Virus record (IMG/VR): IMGVR_UViG_3300001525_000041
Span: 1-32,935 of that record
Length of the DNA stretch: 32,935 nt
DNA from: a virus
Reading direction: 5' to 3' (one strand)
Position numbers and translations under genes: made by a program
Shown here: positions 1-6,477 of the stretch, in pieces
How positions within the stretch are numbered: the stretch's first letter is position 1
How the letters are laid out: each line of letters begins with the position of its first letter
Notes under the pieces: generated by a model
What the model was told of the DNA's origin: nothing
The model's input: the letters and a program-made list of their open reading frames with translations, nothing else
Database searches by the model: none

Positions 1-75
1 CTCAATGGAATCTCCAGGAGATAGACCAGGATACTGGTTGATTAGATCCATCAGTGCAGTAGTGACAACCTCTTG
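1..75. repeat. Terminal overlap copy 1 (identical to 32861-32935)
   Basis: Read directly: ctcaatggaatctccagg...gtgacaacctcttg occurs at both ends. Confidence 0.95.
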
Positions 76-124
76 CCCGTCAAGATCATAGACTACCGTT
101 TCTTTTTCTTCTTCCATTCTGCAC

Positions 125-571
125 CTACTTTCCTGTTACTTCAAAGTGTGGAATCACACCCAACTTGGCAACGGATGTCACGGCATATACACCATCGTAG
201 GTGCTGTTCATGTAATCGTAAAATCCGTTCTCATAATCATCATCCGGAACGGGATCCTCTGGCCATTCTCCCACATAGAAGAAGTCGAATTTTTCCCCCG
301 GTGTAAATGTGATGGTTTCCGGCAACAGATCATTCGTCTGACGATCCCATGCTTTGGGTGTAAGGTAGATTTTCCCGGCAATCTTGATGTCATCCTGCTC
401 TGTGATATACTGTACATTCAGAACAGCGTTGTCCTTGGATTCTTCCCCGTACTTCTGGACGATTGCAGACCTGTCCGCCATGACATTTACGTCATGTAAA
501 ACAGTAGGGTACCACATATCCCCCAAACGGCTCTCATATCTATTGAAAATCGTTACTGTATCGGAATACAT
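125..571 (-). CDS. Head-tail joining / neck protein (conserved Firmicutes-phage family)
   Basis: 148-aa ORF with RBS AAGAGGTGGGG upstream. Lies between the connector/holin genes and the tail terminator. The N-terminus MYSDTVTIFNRY...WYPTVL is typical of this family (recalled, not searched). Confidence 0.6.
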   Translation of the reverse strand: MYSDTVTIFNRYESRLGDMWYPTVLHDVNVMADRSAIVQKYGEESKDNAVLNVQYITEQDDIKIAGKIYLTPKAWDRQTNDLLPETITFTPGEKFDFFYVGEWPEDPVPDDDYENGFYDYMNSTYDGVYAVTSVAKLGVIPHFEVTGK

Positions 572-587
572 AGCACCCCACCTCTTA

Positions 588-845
588 CTATTTGCTCATT
601 TGCTTGTAAATCTGATTGACACCCGTAGCTGCTAATCCTGATACAATTCCTACGGCAATGGCTGTCACAACGTCGCTAGACGGGAAATCTGGCATAATAT
701 ACAAGCCAACTACACCAAGGATTCCACCAGCGGTGCCGCTAATAATAGGCAACCACTTGTTGTCAAGGCTAGTAGCCTTGGCTCCCTGCGAAACCAAGTA
801 GCAAATGACCGTAATAGCCGCTACACTTGCAATTCCAAAATCCAT
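588..845 (-). CDS. Holin-like small membrane protein (three predicted TM segments)
   Basis: 85 aa with RBS GGAGGTG. Three hydrophobic stretches, and a C-terminal GLAATGVNQIYKQ resembling Hol44/superfamily-V type holins. Confidence 0.55.
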   Translation of the reverse strand: MDFGIASVAAITVICYLVSQGAKATSLDNKWLPIISGTAGGILGVVGLYIMPDFPSSDVVTAIAVGIVSGLAATGVNQIYKQMSK

Positions 846-846
846 G

Positions 847-1299
847 TCACACCTCCATACAATAAGGATACACTCCGCCGTACAAGAGATTTACTCCGTT
901 TTTGTCTTTGGTTCCTCTTAGGTATTCGTTGATGGTATCTGCATATAGCTTAGACTGCGCCGCCTTGTCTTTCAGCACTGCGCCAATCAGACCGCCGCTG
1001 GTATCGTAAGATATGCTCTCATTACCAGCAGATACGGACGTTATCGTCTTGTTACCCTGAGCTTCTGTTTCTGCCTTGTCAATCTTTGCCATGATGTCCA
1101 CCATAGCACACTCACAGCGTTTGACCGCTTCGGAATCGCATGCCGCATCCGGGAATGCAAAATCCAGTTTGCATCTACCATCAACACCCGTCACAGCATT
1201 CTTGACAAGCTTTTCTGCATTCCAGATTAACCGGTTGAATGCCGTCTCATCAACAGACGTCCCGTATAAACTTTTAAAAAAATCATAGTCTACATACAT
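847..1299 (-). CDS. Head-tail connector (gp6-like adaptor) protein
   Basis: 150 aa with RBS CAGGAG. Sits immediately downstream of the major capsid gene; sequence pattern is typical of gp6-like connectors. Confidence 0.6.
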   Translation of the reverse strand: MYVDYDFFKSLYGTSVDETAFNRLIWNAEKLVKNAVTGVDGRCKLDFAFPDAACDSEAVKRCECAMVDIMAKIDKAETEAQGNKTITSVSAGNESISYDTSGGLIGAVLKDKAAQSKLYADTINEYLRGTKDKNGVNLLYGGVYPYCMEV

Positions 1300-1305
1300 G
1301 ACAAT

Positions 1306-1440
1306 TTACTCCTGTTGCGATAAGAACTCATCAATTATGTCTGCTTTCCTTGTCTTGTGTATGCTATAGCCCAACTCATCAGCCAAGGATCTGATTTCTG
1401 CCACGGTCATGCTGTTCAGATCCTCAGCTGTGTACGTCAA
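1306..1440 (-). CDS. Small HeH / Rho-N-terminal-like domain protein
   Basis: Own translation: (L)TYTAEDLNSMTVAEIRSLADELGYSIHKTRKADIIDEFLSQQE. This is the M-V-x-E-I/L-R-x-L-A motif common after capsid genes. Start is TTG at 1440 or ATG at 1410. Too short for the ORF track. Confidence 0.5.
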   Translation of the reverse strand: MTYTAEDLNSMTVAEIRSLADELGYSIHKTRKADIIDEFLSQQE

Positions 1441-1448
1441 GCTATAGC

Positions 1449-2378
1449 TTATGTGTTTCCCTGTGTTTCCGAGTCATCCGTCAGAGAGCCAGAAGATGCT
1501 TCTGTGATGGTACCCTTAACAACTCCGGCTGTCATATCAGCAAAGATCTTGATGCCTGACAGAATGGTGTCATCTGCGGTCAACCGATCGTAATCGGCAT
1601 ACTCATGGATAGCGATCATTCCGGTATCGTCAGAAATGAAGCTAAATGCCTTAGCCAGATCGCTCTCGTTTGCAGGTACATAGTAACCAACCATGTTCTG
1701 CTTAGCTGTCGCGAAAAATGTTCCGGCGGTGATTCCACTGTTGATGATTACAGTTCCGAGACCGAGGAAATTCTCTACATAAGAAAATCCAAACGCATTC
1801 TGAACGGTAATCTGTGCCTTACCGATGTAATCCGCAATATCCGTAGGATTCACAAAGTAAACCGTCTCCACGGTATCATTCTCGAATGCAACCTGCAGCT
1901 TAGCCCACGCCTGAGCAAGTGCCGCCTGGATGCCTACACCAGTTACGGTAGGCTGTCCAGAGATTGTCAGTGAAGAAATGATGCTGCTTCTGATGTCCGT
2001 CTGGATATCCTGTAACATCTTGGTTCTGGTCTCGTTCACCGCCTGATCGTATCCCTTGTCGAGGATAGCCTCTGCGGAAGTGGCTTTTCTCCATTTCCCG
2101 AGAGTGATCTCCCCGATAGGGGTGTCGGTTGTGGTGTACTGAGACAGAGGGATAACTTCACCCTCAGGTACTGCACCGCTCTGGAGAGTGCCAGATACGG
2201 TGTGTCTCTTAAGCAGGGTTCCTGCCTGCTTAGGAATCAACCTCATAACACCGAGCAGTTCCATCAGCTTCTTAGTTGAATAGCCGAAGCTAGACACGAA
2301 GTCAATCTGTCTTGCAGTTGCAAGGTTGGCATCCTTAATAAGATTTGTCTCTGCTGCTGTAGTAATGTTACTTGCCAT
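1449..2378 (-). CDS. Major capsid protein (HK97-fold type, scaffold dependent)
   Basis: 309 aa with RBS GGAGGT, directly after the scaffold gene. Confidence 0.8.
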   Translation of the reverse strand: MASNITTAAETNLIKDANLATARQIDFVSSFGYSTKKLMELLGVMRLIPKQAGTLLKRHTVSGTLQSGAVPEGEVIPLSQYTTTDTPIGEITLGKWRKATSAEAILDKGYDQAVNETRTKMLQDIQTDIRSSIISSLTISGQPTVTGVGIQAALAQAWAKLQVAFENDTVETVYFVNPTDIADYIGKAQITVQNAFGFSYVENFLGLGTVIINSGITAGTFFATAKQNMVGYYVPANESDLAKAFSFISDDTGMIAIHEYADYDRLTADDTILSGIKIFADMTAGVVKGTITEASSGSLTDDSETQGNT

Positions 2379-2400
2379 TTAAATACCTCCATTTTTTAAA

Positions 2401-3018
2401 CTATTGGAAGAAACTAGGGTTGTCAGCAATCAGCTGTGCTCTCTGCTCTGCTGTGTACTTGAATCTTCCCTTGTCGTCGGTGGCATATATGTCGTCCTTA
2501 GACTTAATGCTTCCACCTGTGTTGCCGCCCTTATTCACGCTAGTGAAGTGCGGCATGTTGCTATTATCTGCCTTGAACAACATCTTGCTGTCCTCAGCTT
2601 CCGTCAGAGCCTTAATTGCGCTCTCCACATCTGATTTCTGATTCTTAGATGCCTTAAGGGTAGGAATGTCCAGACATCCCATAATGGCTTTTTCGTTCAG
2701 ACCATTAGCGGCTTTAATTGATTCCCTCAAAAGGTCGTTGAAGTCTCTGTCAGCAAGCTTCTGCTTGTAATCTCTTTCAGCTTCTTCAGCTTTCTTTTTC
2801 CAGTCCTTAATGGACTGGTTCAACGCTTCGACATCTACACCATCAAAACCTTTTAGGGTTTCTTCTGCTGTGTCCGCTCTGCCTTTTTCCCTGTCTCGCT
2901 CAGCTGTCATATCTTCGAGATCCTTTTTGACCTTATTGATGTCCTTGCCGTTTTCTGCCATTACGAAAGAAATCTGCTCATCTGTTAAGCCCTGCGCCTT
3001 TAAGTCCTCTGTTTTCAT
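2401..3018 (-). CDS. Capsid scaffolding protein (GP20-like)
   Basis: 205 aa, highly charged coiled coil. N-terminus MKTEDLKAQGLTDEQISFVMAENGKDI is typical of phage GP20 scaffolds. RBS GGAGGG. Confidence 0.75.
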   Translation of the reverse strand: MKTEDLKAQGLTDEQISFVMAENGKDINKVKKDLEDMTAERDREKGRADTAEETLKGFDGVDVEALNQSIKDWKKKAEEAERDYKQKLADRDFNDLLRESIKAANGLNEKAIMGCLDIPTLKASKNQKSDVESAIKALTEAEDSKMLFKADNSNMPHFTSVNKGGNTGGSIKSKDDIYATDDKGRFKYTAEQRAQLIADNPSFFQ

Positions 3019-3102
3019 ACATGCCCTCCATTAAGTCGTTTAAGGTGGTTGACTATTCACCTTGTTGTTGTGTATGCTTGTCATTTTAGGTCTGCCGACC
3101 AA

Positions 3103-3169
3103 TTGCATGAGTCGGGATCGAACCGACATTGTGTTTTTTCACAGTTTTTGCCCCTTAAACTATCATGCA
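3103..3169 (-). ncRNA. tRNA-like element (acceptor stem, D-arm-like and canonical T-arm; non-canonical anticodon arm)
   Basis: Minus strand reads TGCATGA-TA-GTTT-AAGGGGCAA-AAAC-T-GTG-AAAAAA-CAC-AAT-GTCGG-TTCGATC-CCGAC-TCATGCA-A. It has a 7-bp acceptor stem and a GTTCGATCC T-loop. It is only 67 nt, and the anticodon arm is a 3-4 bp stem with an A6 loop. Confidence 0.45.
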
Positions 3170-3213
3170 AGCTAGGAGAGGAGAAAGAATATGGATTTCT
3201 TGCCCACATGATA

Positions 3214-3242
3214 ATTATATCACGCATGTTATTTTATGTAAA
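3214..3242 (-). promoter_or_regulatory. Near-consensus sigma70-type promoter for the capsid operon (TTTACA-17-TGaTATAAT)
   Basis: Minus strand reads TTTACAtaaaataacatgcgtgaTATAAT: extended -10, 17-nt spacer. It lies immediately downstream of the terminator at 3274-3302. Confidence 0.6.
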
Positions 3243-3273
3243 TATATAAAATATCGCATGTTATGTTTCTGTG

Positions 3274-3302
3274 CAAAAAAGAGAGCAGATTATCCTGCCC
3301 TC
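3274..3302 (-). terminator. Intrinsic terminator ending the accessory cassette
   Basis: Minus strand reads GAGGGCAG-gataat-CTGCTCTC followed by TTTTTTG: an 8-bp stem with one G-U pair. Confidence 0.7.
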
Positions 3303-3311
3303 TTTAATCAT

Positions 3312-3767
3312 TTACATTCTTTCGATCATTTTGATGTATTTTTCGATGGTTTCCCGTTCTTCCGGGGTGTCCGCATCACGCTTAAGCTCTTTTAGCTTAT
3401 CATGCATGTCTCCCATAAAGTCCTCAAGATCCGCAAGCATACTCTGTTTGGATGCCATAGAATGGTCGTTCCTGTACATCCGCTTGCTGTCCATGTACCG
3501 TTTCTCCGAATAGCGGCCATCTTCGTAAGAGTTACCGTCGTCATATCCACGGGAGTATCTTCCCATGCTATCTCTTTTTGCTCTTACACGGCCTCTCGCC
3601 TGACTGTATCGTTCATCTTCGTAATCTTCCATGCCTTCCACAGTCTTAAGATCCTTGTACATGTCGATCAACTTGAATGCTGTCTCGAGATTGCCCGTGT
3701 TCAGCCCCTTGTCCGCAATCTTGTCAATCTCTTCACAGATTACATCTAACATCTTATCATGTTTCAT
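3312..3767 (-). CDS. Hypothetical protein: helical ends, R/Y/D/S-rich low-complexity centre
   Basis: 151 aa with RBS GTGAGGTAG. No recognisable catalytic motif. Confidence 0.6.
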   Translation of the reverse strand: MKHDKMLDVICEEIDKIADKGLNTGNLETAFKLIDMYKDLKTVEGMEDYEDERYSQARGRVRAKRDSMGRYSRGYDDGNSYEDGRYSEKRYMDSKRMYRNDHSMASKQSMLADLEDFMGDMHDKLKELKRDADTPEERETIEKYIKMIERM

Positions 3768-3772
3768 TCTGT

Positions 3773-4153
3773 CTACCTCACATTCTCGACACGCAAGGTG
3801 CCGCTTACTGTTACACCAGCTGTATCAAGCTGTAAACCAATGGTGGCTACATTCGGATACTGAGCTATAACGGTTCTGATTGCATCCACGATAGGAACTG
3901 TCACGAATCCAGCCGCCGTAGTGGTAGCTGTTGCCGTAGCTCCAGTAGCTACTCCATCAGCCAAAACAGACACCGTCACGTCCCCGGCAACACCGGTCAT
4001 GGTAATTGCTACATCTATGTCCCATAGTCCACCCGTCCGAAGAGACAACAGACCGTTGCTGTTCGTGATTTTTCCGTTTGTATTTTTTTCTGTTAAAAAA
4101 GGGATATATTGACCTACTACCGAAGTCCATCCCGTTACTCGTCCTAAGAACAT
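3773..4153 (-). CDS. Hypothetical protein, possible BclA-C-terminal / C1q-TNF-like jelly-roll domain
   Basis: Start was moved to the ATG at 4153, which has a strong RBS (AAGAGGTGA). The longer ORF (to 4198) overlaps a hairpin. The A/T/V/G-rich beta pattern (LSLRTGGLWDIDVAITMTG...VTVSGTLRVENV) resembles BclA_C. Confidence 0.55.
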   Translation of the reverse strand: MFLGRVTGWTSVVGQYIPFLTEKNTNGKITNSNGLLSLRTGGLWDIDVAITMTGVAGDVTVSVLADGVATGATATATTTAAGFVTVPIVDAIRTVIAQYPNVATIGLQLDTAGVTVSGTLRVENVR

Positions 4154-4236
4154 GTTATTCACCTCTTTCTTGCAGGAAAAGGGCGCACCCGTAGGCACAC
4201 CCCGTTCCCGAATAAGCCTTACGCTCCAATTACTCG

Positions 4237-4974
4237 CTATGCAATTGTTGTTCCGTTGTAATAACCGGTGTAATTCTGGCCACAGCAGCAGTACGGGTTC
4301 TGAACCACATATGCCGGTGTAGGGCTAGGTCTTAACTGGTTTACAAGATACTGGTTCTGTGCGCTCTGGGATGCGGCAAGCTGTAAGGAGTTGATCTGCT
4401 GATTCTGCTCAGCAATTCTCTGATTGAGAGCTTCAACCTTGTTAGCCTGAATTGCATCAAGGATTGCACGGGTCCCGGCATTCTGACTCTCGATAATATC
4501 TCTAGTGTTGTTAGAGTTATTGAAGTTCGTTTGGCAGAAACCGGTCTGAATTGCATTGTTGGTGGTGTTTGCGTTCTGTAACGCATCATAGCGATTCTGG
4601 CAGCAACAGTCTGCGATCTGAGTCTGCAAGCTGTTGAATCCCTGCAACATTGCCATGTTGGTAGCATTACCCTGGGTAAGGATGTTGGTGTTTACACCGT
4701 TGATCTGCTGTGCCTGAGCATAGAAGCCGTCACACAGACCATTGTTGACACCGTCGATTTTGCGTTCGATGTTGGCAAAGTCGGAAGTCAGAATGTATCC
4801 GTCTGTTGCGGATCCAGAACCACCGCTAAAGCCTCCGAAGCCATTTCTTCCCCAGCCGAAGATCAGGAACAGAACAATCCACCACGCACCGTTCCCGCCC
4901 CACATGCCGTCGCCGTTGCCATCTCTGTTGCCCTGTAAAAGAGCAACATCACTTGCTGATAATCCGTCCATCAT
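4237..4974 (-). CDS. Hypothetical membrane-anchored N/Q-rich protein with two CCC triplets
   Basis: 245 aa with RBS GGAGGAG. Carries a Gly/Trp-flanked TM (WWIVLFLIFGW), a long N/Q-rich region, and the motifs DCCCQN and YCCCGQ. Confidence 0.65.
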   Translation of the reverse strand: MMDGLSASDVALLQGNRDGNGDGMWGGNGAWWIVLFLIFGWGRNGFGGFSGGSGSATDGYILTSDFANIERKIDGVNNGLCDGFYAQAQQINGVNTNILTQGNATNMAMLQGFNSLQTQIADCCCQNRYDALQNANTTNNAIQTGFCQTNFNNSNNTRDIIESQNAGTRAILDAIQANKVEALNQRIAEQNQQINSLQLAASQSAQNQYLVNQLRPSPTPAYVVQNPYCCCGQNYTGYYNGTTIA

Positions 4975-5026
4975 TGTATAATCTCCTCCGATTATGATTT
5001 ATTTGCTTAAGCCGTGTCGACCCGAC

Positions 5027-5230
5027 TTATTGCCGTAATAAAAACTGCATCTGTTGCGCCATTTGTTGTGCTTGATTAAGCTGTTGCTGGTTGATCTTCC
5101 CGGATTGAAGCATCTGCATCACCATGCTCCGGGGATCCACTCCTTGCATTTGCTGCTTGAATTGGTTGAATTGCTGTATCATAGACATAGAGTTGTTCTG
5201 ATTTATTTGCGCATACAATGGGTTACTCAT
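5027..5230 (-). CDS. Hypothetical Q/N/M-rich small protein
   Basis: 67 aa with RBS AAGAGGTAGTGG. Its start overlaps the stop of the upstream gene (ATGAGTAA), suggesting translational coupling. Confidence 0.55.
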   Translation of the reverse strand: MSNPLYAQINQNNSMSMIQQFNQFKQQMQGVDPRSMVMQMLQSGKINQQQLNQAQQMAQQMQFLLRQ

Positions 5231-5660
5231 TTTCCACTACCTCTTTCTTTTTTGCGGCAGGCCTGCCGGATGATTTTACCTGTTTTTCCAGCTCTTCATA
5301 TTTAGCCTTCAAATCGTCAAATTCATTCCGAGTGATATAATTATCATTGGACTGATTTAAAACGGTCTGTGCGGCTTGTGGAGCGTTCTGCGTGCGCTCT
5401 GTGTAATCAAACACCCGTAGAGGTAAAGGCATACCGCTGGCATCCGCTGATTTGAGATAAAAGCACTGGCTCTCGCTATCCATCAATAGTACAGATTCAC
5501 CTCTGCCAACAATCCACGACTTCGCCCCGCTTTCCCCGGACACCCAGTTGATCCCGTTAGAAGAGGGAGCAGGAGAGAATCCTTGCGATTGCATAGTCGG
5601 TAAAGCCTGTGGCTGATAACCGGTCTGATAATTCGTGTATGGGTTCTGCGGATACGGCAT
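5223..5660 (-). CDS. Hypothetical protein: P/Q/Y-rich N-terminus, beta-rich core, charged C-terminal helix
   Basis: 145 aa with RBS GGAGGA 8 nt upstream of the ATG. Confidence 0.65.
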   Translation of the reverse strand: MPYPQNPYTNYQTGYQPQALPTMQSQGFSPAPSSNGINWVSGESGAKSWIVGRGESVLLMDSESQCFYLKSADASGMPLPLRVFDYTERTQNAPQAAQTVLNQSNDNYITRNEFDDLKAKYEELEKQVKSSGRPAAKKKEVVENE

Positions 5661-5697
5661 GGGTCTTGTCCTCCAGTCTATTCAATTCGTCCATAAT

Positions 5698-5726
5698 ATC
5701 TCTATCATCCGTAGATAAATAGAGAT
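5698..5726. promoter_or_regulatory. Operator-like palindrome ATCTCTAT-N13-ATAGAGAT upstream of the cassette
   Basis: Perfect 8-bp inverted repeat. ATAGAGATT (5719-5727) is identical to the 9-mer in the spacer of the leftward immunity promoter (reverse complement of 21763-21771). It overlaps a TATTAT -10-like hexamer (5693-5698). Confidence 0.45.
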
Positions 5727-5764
5727 TGCTATAACCTGTTTTCATGTTTAAATTATGGCATAAA

Positions 5765-5807
5765 AATAAAGCCACTACGAGACCGTAAACGGCTCATATA
5801 TGGCTCT
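5765..5807 (-). terminator. Possible structured terminator after the sigma-like gene
   Basis: Nested stems AGCCA..TGGCT and GAGCCG-TTTA-CGG(T)CTC, followed by TTATTTTTA. The structure is imperfect. Confidence 0.35.
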
Positions 5808-5815
5808 CTTAGGTG

Positions 5816-6019
5816 TCACATGTGCAATTTATCAATTTTGCATTTTATACGCTTATTTAAGCGTTTGGCGGTGCTGAGAGATACATTCATTCTCTCTGCA
5901 CATTCTTCCAGTGGTACATCCACGCACCGCATATCGAACAAGGTGCGCTCATCCTCTGTAAAATTACATTCTGCCTGGAAATATCGGATCTCCGGCATCG
6001 TAAATTCACAGATTTTCAC
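5816..6019 (-). CDS. Stand-alone sigma-70 region-4-like HTH protein (putative transcription regulator)
   Basis: 67 aa, GTG start with RBS GGAGGA. FTEDERTLFDMRCVDVPLEECAERMNVSLSTAKRLNKRIKCKIDKL matches the region 4.2 pattern (ER.LF..R....PLEE.A..M.VS..T.KR). Confidence 0.6.
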   Translation of the reverse strand: MKICEFTMPEIRYFQAECNFTEDERTLFDMRCVDVPLEECAERMNVSLSTAKRLNKRIKCKIDKLHM

Positions 6020-6031
6020 TTTTTTCCTCCG

Positions 6032-6463
6032 TCACAAAAACAAATTGTTGTGGCTACATTTTTGATAGACCTTCTTAATGTGTTCAATTGCCATTACAGC
6101 CAAATTGTTCTTAAAATCTGGATGGTCATTGCAATAGGTTTCGTATACATCAATGTCATACAGTATCTGGTCGAAGTGTTCCTTAGTATGCTTTATATCG
6201 TGCAAAATTTCATCGTCGAACCGTAGGATACGATACCGTGATGACACAGCTGTGTTTTCCCCAACTCTTTTTTCGACATCTGCAAGGTTCTTTTCAATTT
6301 TGTCGACTTTTTGCATGACATCCTTGTTCAACAGTCCACCAATCCATGACCACGGGTTTATCTTAATTTTGGAAACCTCAAGAAAACTTGCAAGAACAAC
6401 TACAGTGATTGCCGTTAAGCCACTATATTCATTCATTATATCGAACACTTCTTTAGCCGTCAT
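6032..6463 (-). CDS. Hypothetical membrane-anchored protein
   Basis: Start was moved to the ATG at 6463, which has RBS AAAGGGGA. This removes a 52-nt overlap with the upstream gene. One N-terminal TM segment. Confidence 0.55.
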   Translation of the reverse strand: MTAKEVFDIMNEYSGLTAITVVVLASFLEVSKIKINPWSWIGGLLNKDVMQKVDKIEKNLADVEKRVGENTAVSSRYRILRFDDEILHDIKHTKEHFDQILYDIDVYETYCNDHPDFKNNLAVMAIEHIKKVYQKCSHNNLFL

Positions 6464-6477
6464 CCTTAGTATCCCCT

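Noticed and set aside
1-75. The 75-bp end repeat as a functional direct terminal repeat or LTR
   Set aside because: It lies inside an open reading frame that continues seamlessly across the junction, and it is short. Assembly overlap of a circular or permuted genome is more parsimonious, and this is kept as a testable point in the findings.
3103-3169. Bona fide decoding tRNA gene
   Set aside because: Only 15 nt are available for the anticodon arm plus variable loop. The best fold is a 3-4 bp stem with an A6 loop lacking U33, and the total length is 67 nt. It is reported instead as a tRNA-like element.
5557-5775. 72-aa ORF overlapping the start of the first cassette gene out of frame
   Set aside because: There is no RBS before either ATG. 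It overlaps gene 5223-5660 by about 100 nt and spans the operator palindrome, so it is more likely non-coding leader.
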